Virus record (IMG/VR): IMGVR_UViG_3300013121_000020
Span: 32,001-96,000 of that record
Source: a virus
Taxonomy: Duplodnaviria > Caudoviricetes
Direction: 5' to 3' (one strand)
Length of the DNA: 64,000 nucleotides
Under the pieces are notes generated by a model. It saw nothing but the letters and a program-made list of their open reading frames with translations, ran no database searches and was not told where the DNA came from. A program made the translations under genes and the position numbers. Shown one piece after another: positions 9,736 through 18,953 of this stretch. The number at the start of each line of letters is the position of its first letter. The stretch's first letter is position 1.

Positions 9736-10517
9736 TGGCACGTAAAGATAAATGTTTTGTATGTCAACTACAGACAAAATGCAAGGGTTGTACATGTGGT
9801 GCATATTTTTGCAACGACCATATTGCTGAAGATAAACACGATCATTCTGGCATACTAGTCATTAAAGCAAAACAATCAAAAATTGGGCGATCAAATGTGC
9901 GTCGTGCAAAAGGCCATGAGAGGACTGTTGCAAAATTTCTAACTGATTGGAGTGGGAGAGAATTTAGACGCCGTCGTGTAGAAGGACGCGATGTAACTGT
10001 TATCGAGCGTGAGAGTACCGCCGATGTTATTCCAGTAAAAGGCGATATCTATTGTTCGATTGAAGCAAAATGTGGCGAGGTTCAAACTTTTGGCAATTTG
10101 ATGGCGAATCCAAAGACTTGTAAGTTTACTGAATGGTGGCATCAGGCTAATTATGACGTGCAATTGGTGTCTAATATTTTTAATCGTCAGTTTTATCCAA
10201 TGATGTTTTTTCGTCCATATCTCAACCAAAATTGGGTTGCTATTTCAGAAAAATTGTTTACGAATCGTATTTTACGTCCTAAAATAAATTGTGAACCATT
10301 AATGATTAAGAATGCTGAAGAAGGTTGTGTTTGGTTTCCGCATTTCTTATTTGACGCATATAAATTAACTGGCGAGATTTCGTTTAATGTGGTCAGAACT
10401 AAAGAAAAGAAGAATTTTAAATTTGTGCCGTTAATTTTAGATTCTGTGGTTATGTGTAGATGGTGTGATTTTGCTGCTGGTGTTGATCCGCAATCGTTTT
10501 TTATATCACATAGTTGA
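9735..10517 (+). CDS. Holliday-junction resolvase-like PD-(D/E)XK nuclease with N-terminal zinc finger
   Basis: RRAKGHER.VAK.L, ADVIP, SIEAK, WW.QA; N-terminal CxxC..CxC..CxxH..H. Confidence 0.75.
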   Translation: MARKDKCFVCQLQTKCKGCTCGAYFCNDHIAEDKHDHSGILVIKAKQSKIGRSNVRRAKGHERTVAKFLTDWSGREFRRRRVEGRDVTVIERESTADVIPVKGDIYCSIEAKCGEVQTFGNLMANPKTCKFTEWWHQANYDVQLVSNIFNRQFYPMMFFRPYLNQNWVAISEKLFTNRILRPKINCEPLMIKNAEEGCVWFPHFLFDAYKLTGEISFNVVRTKEKKNFKFVPLILDSVVMCRWCDFAAGVDPQSFFISHS

Positions 10518-10541
10518 ACAAACTTATCTATGGAGGCTTTT

Positions 10542-10694
10542 ATGAGATGTGGGAGTTGCGGAAAACCAACAGCGATAATAGTGCATCGGCCATCGCCACT
10601 TACTCAACAACAGCCAATTAATGTGCGTCCTAAACGATCGAATGTGCGAACAATAAAATCTAAAGTAAGCAATATTGATAAACATAGAATATAG
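10542..10694 (+). CDS. small Cys/basic protein (not in ORF track)
   Basis: GGAGG RBS; MRCGSCGKPTAIIVHRPSP...KHRI, 50 aa. Confidence 0.65.
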   Translation: MRCGSCGKPTAIIVHRPSPLTQQQPINVRPKRSNVRTIKSKVSNIDKHRI

Positions 10695-10703
10695 GGGATA
10701 ATT

Positions 10704-10958
10704 ATGGGATGCTGTGGTGGTAATACTCGTCCACAAACGGTAAGAAAACAAGTTATTGAGACAACGATTCCATCTCCTCAAGTTGTTCAAAAAAAGATTA
10801 GCCGTTCGCAATCATCGACTCCTGTTAGTATTCAACGTCAGTATGTTGTGCCGCGTCAACAATGCGCCAAATGTGGTTATCCAACTATGGCGGTAACTAT
10901 TGCGGGGCGTGAACGTTTTCAATGCAGTAATGCTAATTGTAGGATAGTAATACAATGA
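10704..10958 (+). CDS. small zinc-ribbon protein
   Basis: MGCCGG N-terminus; CAKCG...CSNANC. Confidence 0.7.
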   Translation: MGCCGGNTRPQTVRKQVIETTIPSPQVVQKKISRSQSSTPVSIQRQYVVPRQQCAKCGYPTMAVTIAGRERFQCSNANCRIVIQ

Positions 10959-11389
10959 TTGATATTATTGAGTTGATGTTGTTAGTGATTGTGACGGAAG
11001 CGACGACTGAAATTATAGTTGACTCGAAGATTTTTAGCGAAATAAGATTTCGCATACGTAAGAAAGCTTTTCCTGAGCAACCGGGATCATCGAATCCAAT
11101 ATTTGTGTTTGTTGCTGAGCTAATTAGTTGTGGATATTGTACTAGTGTGTGGGTTGCAATGTGGTGGAGTTTATTTGCACCATCGTTTTTTAAATTTGGA
11201 TTTATCATTAATTGGGTTATTATGGGAATGGTGATTCATCGCTTGTCTAATTGGTTACATGTTGTTTATTCGCTAGTTAAGAAGGGACGCATTAAGACGT
11301 ACGATATTGAACTGAAATTGATTCATACTAATGAGGCATATGATGGAAGCGTTGGATACAGCGTTAGCGCGGGAGAAAACCAAAATTGA
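10955..11389 (+). CDS. DUF1360-like membrane protein
   Basis: Hydrophobic segments with ELISCGYCTSVWVA motif. Confidence 0.65.
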   Translation: MIDIIELMLLVIVTEATTEIIVDSKIFSEIRFRIRKKAFPEQPGSSNPIFVFVAELISCGYCTSVWVAMWWSLFAPSFFKFGFIINWVIMGMVIHRLSNWLHVVYSLVKKGRIKTYDIELKLIHTNEAYDGSVGYSVSAGENQN

Positions 11390-11849
11390 TCCACGTCAGG
11401 CTTTAGCACCAGCTGAAGTTCGCACTCTTGATGATATAAAACGATTGGTTTCTGAGTTTGATCCATCACGTAATCCACCACCAATTAATGTGCCACTTGC
11501 TGCAAATATGGTTGTTCGAGAAGACAATCGTGAAGTTATGTATAGAGCAGAAACAATAACACGCTCAAAGAGTCGTCGAGACATTTTGATAGAAGGATTA
11601 ACAATTGTTAAAAATCGAATTGATTCAAGTCATGTACAAGATATAGCGGAGCCAATTGAAGTAAATGGTATTCGCATGAAACCAGCGTGCATAGGGAATG
11701 GTGTGCATGGAAAAAACTGGGTTGATCCGTTAATTAAACAGTGGCTTGGCGGATTCAGAGATGGGATTATAATTTGTTGGGATTTGAATGATGGGTATAT
11801 TTATCGTTATGATATATTTACTCATAAACTAACACGAATTAGTAAATAA
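11340..11849 (+). CDS. hypothetical protein
   Basis: ORF with GAGG RBS, start MMEALD. Confidence 0.7.
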   Translation: MMEALDTALAREKTKIDPRQALAPAEVRTLDDIKRLVSEFDPSRNPPPINVPLAANMVVREDNREVMYRAETITRSKSRRDILIEGLTIVKNRIDSSHVQDIAEPIEVNGIRMKPACIGNGVHGKNWVDPLIKQWLGGFRDGIIICWDLNDGYIYRYDIFTHKLTRISK

Positions 11850-11864
11850 TATTGGAGAATCATC

Positions 11865-12176
11865 ATTCGTTCCGATTTACCACCACTGGCACAATATCGT
11901 AGTCTGAGCGAGTATAAACCAAGCTATGGTGATTATGTCGTTTGGTCTGGGTGGCTTACTACATGGCATGGAATTGTTTCTAATTTTGATGTAGAGACGA
12001 ATGAATTATTAATTATTTTTGCGGGGATTCCGTTTGTTCTGTTCACGCTTGAAGAAGATGAACAGAAAAAGGAAACTAAGAAAATATCGTTGTCTAAGAT
12101 TCGCACGGCACCACATGGCACATGGGCGGTTTTACAACATGACTACACGCGCAACGCGAATGTCTGGTACATCTAA
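11865..12176 (+). CDS. hypothetical protein with probable ATT start (not in ORF track)
   Basis: 103-codon open frame (RSDLPPLAQYRS...YGDYVVWSGW...NVWYI) filling the gap exactly; GGAG at 11854-11857, then ATT; no early ATG/GTG/TTG. Confidence 0.7.
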   Translation: MRSDLPPLAQYRSLSEYKPSYGDYVVWSGWLTTWHGIVSNFDVETNELLIIFAGIPFVLFTLEEDEQKKETKKISLSKIRTAPHGTWAVLQHDYTRNANVWYI

Positions 12177-12750
12177 ACTTCCAGCAATTCTAAAATATCC
12201 AATTCTACATAACTTCTCTGATGTTAATAAATTTCTTAACAATCATTTATGTTATATACTACGAAGATATGAAAATGATGGCATTGCGGTTATAATTGTA
12301 CGAAACCCAGCAAATGATGATGTGACAATTTTGTTTGGTGACTGGGCTGGTAATTCTGTTGATTTATCGGCTGTTGGTGATAACAAATATAAAGATGCTG
12401 CATTATCATTCATAGATAGTGACATGTCATTATTTTTGAAGGTAATGCGATTGATAAAACTTGATCAAGCACAATTTTTCTTTTCGTTTGGACCTGATGG
12501 GTTAATACTTACCGATATTCAAATTTCTATTAATAAATTGGTTGGTCCTGGGATGGTGCGTGATATTTTTGGTTCTAATTATAGAGTGCCAGAGATAGTA
12601 AAAATTGAAGTAATTGATGAGCGTGCAAGTGAGTATATTAGTAAAGGTTTGGGATCTTATGAGGGTGATTTAATAATTAAACCAAGTAAATTTCTCACAT
12701 TTTCAGATAAATCAATGACTCTGCCACTATATGTAGAAGTGAAAAGATAA
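12160..12750 (+). CDS. hypothetical protein (possible degenerate ligase-like fold)
   Basis: Likely start MSGTSKLP. ENDG and EGDLIIKP loosely echo ligase motifs I and IV, but the catalytic Lys is absent. Confidence 0.6.
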   Translation: MSGTSKLPAILKYPILHNFSDVNKFLNNHLCYILRRYENDGIAVIIVRNPANDDVTILFGDWAGNSVDLSAVGDNKYKDAALSFIDSDMSLFLKVMRLIKLDQAQFFFSFGPDGLILTDIQISINKLVGPGMVRDIFGSNYRVPEIVKIEVIDERASEYISKGLGSYEGDLIIKPSKFLTFSDKSMTLPLYVEVKR

Positions 12751-12771
12751 AATTAAAATTGGAGGTTACCC

Positions 12772-14712
12772 ATTCCTGAATATATTAATCCGAACAACTA
12801 TGTTGTGCATCTCACTGGCCCAAATGGTGAGACCATACAAGTTCGTGGTCGTCAAAGAATTGTTCTTCCAGAATTTTTTGATAGATATGTTGGACGTGGA
12901 TTTATAAAACCAGTTACTCAAACAATAATAAAAGAGCCACAACATAAACCTATTCAAGCGAGAATTCAAGTCAATCGTAGCGTAGTAAAAAGACCAAACC
13001 CAGCACCGCCGCCAATAGATTCTAAGGTAATTGAACGTAGAGTTAGACGTGATGAGTTGGTGAAGATGCGAAAATTAGCGGCGGCTGTTCGTGTTAATAA
13101 TCAAAAACGAATAAATTCGAAAATAGTAAGCAAGCCAACAGTTATTGGTAAATCTGTCAGTGTCGATCCTAATGAATTGTTACGCAACAATCTTACTCAG
13201 AACAACTATCCTATTAGCAACAATATTGGTGTTGGTATATTGTCTTATAATCGTGGGCATTGTTTGCGTCGGCTTATTGAATCAATTTCAAAAACAACTG
13301 ATTTGCGACGAACTACCATATTTGTTAGCGATGATGCCAGCGACGATCCAGATACTTGTAATTATTTGAACGAACTTTCATCAAATCACAATTTTGTGGT
13401 TATTAGAAATAATACTAGACTTGGTGTGGCTGGTAATAGCAATAGATTGCTTAGATGCTTATCTAGATTCGCGTATGGGATTTTATTGAACGACGACGTT
13501 GAAATTTTAAATCATGGTTGGGAATATTTATATCCAGAAGTTATGCAACGTTTTGGGTTTCACCATCTTTTATATCAACAGTCTGGTGTGTATGGTTCTG
13601 ACAATGGTGAAATAATCACTAGAAATGATGGTGAATTGAGTCTTAAGAAGATGAATGATAAGCCACACGGTGCTGTGTTAGCTTTTTCAAATCAGATGTT
13701 ACAGACTGTGGGGTATTTTGATGAGTCATATGGTCTTTATGGGATGGAGCATGTTGATTGGTCGCAGAGAGTGTCTGAGCTTGGATTGCAGGAAGCTGGT
13801 TTCTTCGATGTCCAAGGCTCTGATCGGTTTTTTATGCTTCACGCCGATTTGAGTGCCGTCCTTGACAGAGGAAAGCATCTTACGGCCGCACGGAAGTTGT
13901 TTGCGGCTCGAACACCACGATATGTTGCTCCATCTGGTTCGAGTCAATTACCAGAAGTTAGCTATGTTATTCCATTTCGCAATTTTGAAAGATCTGATTC
14001 GATTCGCGCAGTTGTCAATAATATTCGTGCACAACGATATCCAATAATTAATATTATTATAGTAGAACAAGATGCTGAAACCAGAATTGATTTAGCTGGA
14101 TTTAACCCAGTTACATATTTATTAGCACGAGAAACCGACAATCTGCTATTTAATAAATCGAAAGCATTTAATTTAGCTGTTGCGAATGTTAGTACAGAGT
14201 GTGTAATATTACATGATGCAGATATGTTGGCTCAAGGACATTATACGGCCGCTGTTATGAACATATTGCGTGATTATGATTCGTGTCATTTAGGCAGAAC
14301 AGTCATATATACTGGCCAACCGGCGATGGAACAAATAAATCTGATTGGAACAGTTGATGAGAATGCGAAATGTGAGAGAGTAGTTGGTTATTATGAAGGC
14401 GGATCTATAGCATGTAGGGTCAAATCATATTGGAAAATTGGCGGATTTAATGAGGATTTTTGGGGCTATGGTTGTGAAGATTGCGATTTTTATGCTAGAT
14501 TGTCTGGTGGGTCCAATTGGAAAGAAGATAGAGTTTTCGATTTCTTACATTTATGGCATTCAAGAGTACCTGGGTGGCATTCACATCATGAAACAAATAG
14601 GCAAATTGAAGCCGCGTTGAAAATCAAACCGATTCCGGTTCGTATACAATTACAACATTCTCAGTTAGATAAACTTGGCTACAAGCAATATATTGTTGAG
14701 GCTATGAAATGA
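12772..14712 (+). CDS. multidomain glycosyltransferase (GT2 + second GT-A/GT7-like domain) with small N-terminal extra domain; probable ATT start
   Basis: VGILSYNR, VSDDAS, LLNDD, VGYFDE.YG.YG.EH; then VIPFR, FNKSKAFN, LHDADM, GGFNEDFWGYGCEDCDF, HLWH. GGAGG lies 6 nt before ATT at 12772. Confidence 0.88.
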   Translation: MPEYINPNNYVVHLTGPNGETIQVRGRQRIVLPEFFDRYVGRGFIKPVTQTIIKEPQHKPIQARIQVNRSVVKRPNPAPPPIDSKVIERRVRRDELVKMRKLAAAVRVNNQKRINSKIVSKPTVIGKSVSVDPNELLRNNLTQNNYPISNNIGVGILSYNRGHCLRRLIESISKTTDLRRTTIFVSDDASDDPDTCNYLNELSSNHNFVVIRNNTRLGVAGNSNRLLRCLSRFAYGILLNDDVEILNHGWEYLYPEVMQRFGFHHLLYQQSGVYGSDNGEIITRNDGELSLKKMNDKPHGAVLAFSNQMLQTVGYFDESYGLYGMEHVDWSQRVSELGLQEAGFFDVQGSDRFFMLHADLSAVLDRGKHLTAARKLFAARTPRYVAPSGSSQLPEVSYVIPFRNFERSDSIRAVVNNIRAQRYPIINIIIVEQDAETRIDLAGFNPVTYLLARETDNLLFNKSKAFNLAVANVSTECVILHDADMLAQGHYTAAVMNILRDYDSCHLGRTVIYTGQPAMEQINLIGTVDENAKCERVVGYYEGGSIACRVKSYWKIGGFNEDFWGYGCEDCDFYARLSGGSNWKEDRVFDFLHLWHSRVPGWHSHHETNRQIEAALKIKPIPVRIQLQHSQLDKLGYKQYIVEAMK

Positions 14713-14969
14713 CAATAAATGATGTTGTGATGTTTGCAGAAACTGTTGATTGTGATGCTGGTAAATTTTGTTTTGAGCATGGCATCGCTGGAATTGTGCA
14801 GGATATTGTGAATGACATGATTATGATAGATGCTGGTTTTGGATATATAATTTATGCATCGCGGAATGATGTTGTATTAGCTCCTGCTGGGACAATTGCA
14901 AAACTTGATAGATATGGTAATTTTCCAGATATGAATTTAGTTCCAATCGATGATGATGTAGTGGGGTAA
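14709..14969 (+). CDS. hypothetical protein
   Basis: Acidic 86 aa ORF, translationally coupled (ATGA). Confidence 0.6.
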   Translation: MTINDVVMFAETVDCDAGKFCFEHGIAGIVQDIVNDMIMIDAGFGYIIYASRNDVVLAPAGTIAKLDRYGNFPDMNLVPIDDDVVG

Positions 14970-14972
14970 AAT

Positions 14973-15920
14973 ATGAGAGTGTTATTTTGTCATAGGCCGG
15001 GTGGTGCTTTCGGATATATTACCGATGGTATGATCAATGCGTTTAGAGATCGTGGGCATAGTGTAGCTCGTTGGGATGGTAAAGAAGAATCGTGGTTTGA
15101 TTTTGCTCCAGATCTTTATTGTGGATCATCTGGGCATAGACAACCTATCCCATTAAGACGTAAATGTAAAATTGCACTTCATGTTAACCCATATGGTCCA
15201 GTTAATATTAATGGTATTAATGAGTCAAATGAAAGTATTAGGTGGACATTAAATCAAAAACCAGATGTTGTTTTTGGGTATGGTCATGAAGAAGACCGAA
15301 TTTTATGGAGCTATTGGACGAAACAACATGGGATTAGATGGGTCCCAATGCCAACCGCTGGTGATAAAACAATTTTTAAAGTTTTGCCAGATATTAAGAA
15401 AGAATTTGATATAGTATATCTTGGTGGTAAATGGGCATATAAAGGAATTACTATAGACGCCTATTTAATGCCAATATTGCAAGAACATAAATTGTCGTAT
15501 AAACTTCATGGGTGGGGTGAATGGCCGCAAAATATGTGCTCAGGAATCTTGCCGGATGATATGGCGTGCCGTTTTCTTAATTCTGGTAAGATTGGGCCTT
15601 GTATTTCTGAACAACACACACATTCGTATGGTATAGACATCCCTGAACGAGCGTTTAAAGTGGCGTTATGTGGATCGTTAATTATACATGATCCGGTAAT
15701 CGCTGTGCGACGAATGATACCATCAGCTTTGGTCGCAAGTAGCCCAACACAATTTAAAGATTATTGTCATCATTTTTCTGAAAACGATAAAGAGCGCATT
15801 GATATTGTTGCTAAGCAACGTCAAGAAGTGTTGTCTGGTCATACATATCATCATCGGATTTCGTTGTTATTGAAACAACTAGGTTTTGATGATGAAGCAC
15901 ACCATATGATATCGGAGTAA
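14973..15920 (+). CDS. GT-B glycosyltransferase (CgeB/DUF3880-like)
   Basis: DIVYLGG, LHGWG.W, PERAFKVALCG, HTYHHR C-terminal motifs. Confidence 0.8.
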   Translation: MRVLFCHRPGGAFGYITDGMINAFRDRGHSVARWDGKEESWFDFAPDLYCGSSGHRQPIPLRRKCKIALHVNPYGPVNINGINESNESIRWTLNQKPDVVFGYGHEEDRILWSYWTKQHGIRWVPMPTAGDKTIFKVLPDIKKEFDIVYLGGKWAYKGITIDAYLMPILQEHKLSYKLHGWGEWPQNMCSGILPDDMACRFLNSGKIGPCISEQHTHSYGIDIPERAFKVALCGSLIIHDPVIAVRRMIPSALVASSPTQFKDYCHHFSENDKERIDIVAKQRQEVLSGHTYHHRISLLLKQLGFDDEAHHMISE

Positions 15921-15922
15921 TT

Positions 15923-16507
15923 ATGTTATCGTTTTCAAAAAACAGATTAATAGATATAATCTTGAAGAATGGTATTGTTTATGCCAAACCCGGTCAGCAA
16001 TTTACTCTTGCAAGCGGGGTAAAATCATCGTTTTATATCGATTTCAGTCGTGTTATGATGTTACCATTTGGGGCTGTTGCGGTTGTTGACGCATTGCTTG
16101 ATCACATGAAATCGATATATTCTTCTCAAGAACATGGTGGATTACCTTTTGATATTATCGGTGGCCCATCCAGTGGTGCCGATTCAATAATTGGAGCGAT
16201 ACTTCCAAGACTGGTTCCTGAAATTAATGGGTTTACTATTCGTAAAGAACCAAAAAGTCATGGTCCTGATGCTGGTAAAATGTATGATGGTTATATTCAT
16301 CATTCAGCCCGTGCACTCGTGATTGAAGATGTTACGACATCTGGGCAATCAGTATTAAAAGCCGTTAAAGAAATAGAGAAGCAAGGTGCCACAGTCACAA
16401 GGATTATAAGTTTATTAGATCGTCAAAATGGTGCTAGTGAACTTTTGAAAGATTATTCGTTCACGTCTATAGTGCGTTTAGATGAACTTAATATCAAGCA
16501 AGTGTAA
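15923..16507 (+). CDS. pyrE: orotate phosphoribosyltransferase
   Basis: FTLASG.KS.FYID, RKEPKSHG, PRPP-binding VIEDVTTSGQS, LLDR..G. Confidence 0.9.
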   Translation: MLSFSKNRLIDIILKNGIVYAKPGQQFTLASGVKSSFYIDFSRVMMLPFGAVAVVDALLDHMKSIYSSQEHGGLPFDIIGGPSSGADSIIGAILPRLVPEINGFTIRKEPKSHGPDAGKMYDGYIHHSARALVIEDVTTSGQSVLKAVKEIEKQGATVTRIISLLDRQNGASELLKDYSFTSIVRLDELNIKQV

Positions 16508-16524
16508 ATGTTTTGAGAGTATTA

Positions 16525-17169
16525 ATGGCTCTGGCCACTGATAAATTAATATTTTTGCATATTCCAAAAACTGGCGGAGTGTTTTTCCGTCATGCGCTTA
16601 AAGTATGCAAAATTGCACATGAAGAAATCGGTGCACAACACGATCATTTTCCAGAAATAACACGTTTGAAACCGGCAGAATTTTTTCAGAAACGAAAGAT
16701 TATTTCTTTTGTACGCCACCCATTAACGTGGTATCAATCGCGGTGGGCATTTAGAATTAAACATGGTTGGCGTGCTCAACATCCACTAGATTTTAATTGT
16801 GCATCTAATGATTTTGCTACTTTTGTTGATAATGTGCTGAAATATCAGCCAAATGGTTGGTTTTCGTGGGAATGTCGCATGTTTTTGAGCCAAGCCCCAC
16901 GTCTTGATTTTGTTGGGCGAATCGAAAGGTTGGTTGATGACACAATTTCTGCTCTTACGATGGCTGGAGAGAAATTTAGTGAAAAGGCAATCAGAGCTAT
17001 TCCACGCATTAATGATTCTGATTTAGATTCAAAACCATCACAATATTGGGCACGATATGATGATATTCTTGCCAGAAGAGTTATTGCGGTTGAGCGCGAA
17101 GTGATTGCTAAGTATTATTCGGATTTTCCTTTTGATCCCAAAAGCCTATGCGGTCCATGTCCATATTGA
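16525..17169 (+). CDS. sulfotransferase (Sulfotransfer_2-like)
   Basis: FLHIPKTGG (5'-PSB loop), VRHP..WY.S.W (3'-PB), DFVGRIE.L..D. Confidence 0.8.
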   Translation: MALATDKLIFLHIPKTGGVFFRHALKVCKIAHEEIGAQHDHFPEITRLKPAEFFQKRKIISFVRHPLTWYQSRWAFRIKHGWRAQHPLDFNCASNDFATFVDNVLKYQPNGWFSWECRMFLSQAPRLDFVGRIERLVDDTISALTMAGEKFSEKAIRAIPRINDSDLDSKPSQYWARYDDILARRVIAVEREVIAKYYSDFPFDPKSLCGPCPY

Positions 17170-17884
17170 TATTTCTCTTTTTCCATTCTTTATATCCATC
17201 AACACAATCGTCGTTTAGATGAAGTACTTCAACATCTGTAACGATACCGACAAATCGCTGTTGCTTTGTTGCTGACTTACATAATTCACCATCATCATTG
17301 CCATATAATTGATTTTGAACATATCCACCAACACTTTCAAAAAACTGGCGATCAATAAGGAACAATGGTCCTGCTGTATGTCGATTGTAGTAAACATTTG
17401 ATAAGGTGAAATGTGATGCTGATGTGGTTCTGTGCATGATCATTTTATTGTTTGATAATTGTTGTTGAAAATTTTCTCCAATTTTATTCATAATAACTGG
17501 TGCAAGTATTCCAAGTTTATGTTCGATACGAATTCTATAAGCGGCAAGTTGAAGTTTGATAAGCCAATCTGGTTCAACTAATAAATCTGGATCGATTGAG
17601 ATAAAATGATCGCTACGTGAGTTTTTCATGATTTGTGGGTACCATTTCATAAAGGCACGACCTTTACCAAGGTTTTGATGATTTTTATAGATAGTTATAT
17701 GGTTGTTAGAGAAAAGTGAAGTTTCGAATAGTTTGTCTAAGCCACCATGTGAATTGTCGCAGATATATATATGATATGGTTCATTAGTATTAATAAGTAT
17801 CGATTCAATGCATCGTCGTAAATCGTTAGGTCGAAAATATGTAACCATTATTAATGGTGTTGTATCGTGATGTGGAATTAGCAT
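17108..17884 (-). CDS. glycosyltransferase family 2
   Basis: MVTYFRP, ICDNS, NLGKG, IDPD, VGGY...YGNDD, H. Confidence 0.85.
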   Translation of the reverse strand: MLIPHHDTTPLIMVTYFRPNDLRRCIESILINTNEPYHIYICDNSHGGLDKLFETSLFSNNHITIYKNHQNLGKGRAFMKWYPQIMKNSRSDHFISIDPDLLVEPDWLIKLQLAAYRIRIEHKLGILAPVIMNKIGENFQQQLSNNKMIMHRTTSASHFTLSNVYYNRHTAGPLFLIDRQFFESVGGYVQNQLYGNDDGELCKSATKQQRFVGIVTDVEVLHLNDDCVDGYKEWKKRNINMDMDRIGFWDQKENPNNT

Positions 17885-17921
17885 GTGTTTGTTTTGTGGT
17901 GGATATTGGTTGAGGTTATAT

Positions 17922-18419
17922 ATGATCGAGCTTGTAGCTGATATTTGGAATTTTCATGCCGACGGTAAATGGATAGTAATTACTACTAATATTGGGTGGA
18001 AGAAAGATGGAATGAACCCTATGGGTGCTGGTATTGCTAAACACGCAGCTAGTATGTTTCCAGAACTTCCTAGTTGGTATGGTGCTAGATGTAAGAAGTA
18101 TGGAAAGGACACCGCTGTTTGTTTTTATGAACCGGCTCGATTTATCCTTTTTCCAACGAAACCTTTAAATTATTATCAACCATGGTTGTCGTGGCAGAGC
18201 ATGTCTAGCATTGAATTGATCAATCGATCTGCTATTCAATTGCAGAAATTGGGTGAAATAATGTATGAACGTAATATGACTAATGAAAAAATTGCATTGC
18301 CGTTAGTTGGATGCGAAAATGGACGATTAAATCGTTGTGATGTTATTCCTATATTGCACAAAAACTTGGATGATCGTTTTGTGTTGGTGGAACGTCAGTT
18401 GAATTTGGAGACCATGTGA
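17922..18419 (+). CDS. macrodomain protein (ADP-ribose hydrolase-like)
   Basis: VITTN, MGAGIAK, FP, FPTK, IALPLVGCENG.L; GAGG RBS. Confidence 0.8.
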   Translation: MIELVADIWNFHADGKWIVITTNIGWKKDGMNPMGAGIAKHAASMFPELPSWYGARCKKYGKDTAVCFYEPARFILFPTKPLNYYQPWLSWQSMSSIELINRSAIQLQKLGEIMYERNMTNEKIALPLVGCENGRLNRCDVIPILHKNLDDRFVLVERQLNLETM

Positions 18420-18868
18420 ATAGTACATTATATTTAGATATTGATGGTGTTTTGAATACACATGAATGTTTTCGTAACGGCTATTGTGGTATTCATCGTG
18501 ATAAAATTGAATTAGTTAACTGGATAGTCGATAATGCTAAGTGTAATGTTGTAATTATTTCTGCGTGGCGGTATCTTGTATTGGCTGGATCTATGACGCT
18601 TAAAGGGTTTTCAAATCTTCTATTTACTCATGGTGCTGATGATTGGGCTGAGTTGATACGAGTGCTTCCATTCGATATTGGAAATGGGTCAGATCGAGGA
18701 CAATTAGTTGCTAATGATATTGCAAATAATCATGTGACTAATTATATTATTCTTGATGATCTTGATTTAGCATATACATCAAGAGGATTGAATTGTGTGA
18801 TTGTTGATGGGAGAATTGGACTTACACCATCATTGGCTCAAACAGTTTTGTCTTGTTTGACAATTTGA
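18416..18868 (+). CDS. HAD phosphatase (Swiss-army-knife RNA-repair type)
   Basis: LYLDIDGVLN, VVIISAWR, YIILDD, GLT. Confidence 0.85.
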   Translation: MNSTLYLDIDGVLNTHECFRNGYCGIHRDKIELVNWIVDNAKCNVVIISAWRYLVLAGSMTLKGFSNLLFTHGADDWAELIRVLPFDIGNGSDRGQLVANDIANNHVTNYIILDDLDLAYTSRGLNCVIVDGRIGLTPSLAQTVLSCLTI

Positions 18869-18903
18869 AATTCTTAGTAAATATGTTGCAGGTTAGTGGT
18901 GTT

Positions 18904-18930
18904 CCGCTATGGGATAGCGGTACTATTTTT
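18904..18930 (+). terminator. possible intrinsic terminator
   Basis: CCGCTAT-GGG-ATAGCGG stem followed by TACTATTTTT. Confidence 0.45.
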
Positions 18931-18953
18931 GTGGTTGCTTGGAGGTCCAAGTT

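Noticed and set aside
12019-12159. ORF-track start of 12019..12750
   Set aside because: Overlaps the better-supported 11865..12176 ORF; ATG 12160 is the more plausible start.
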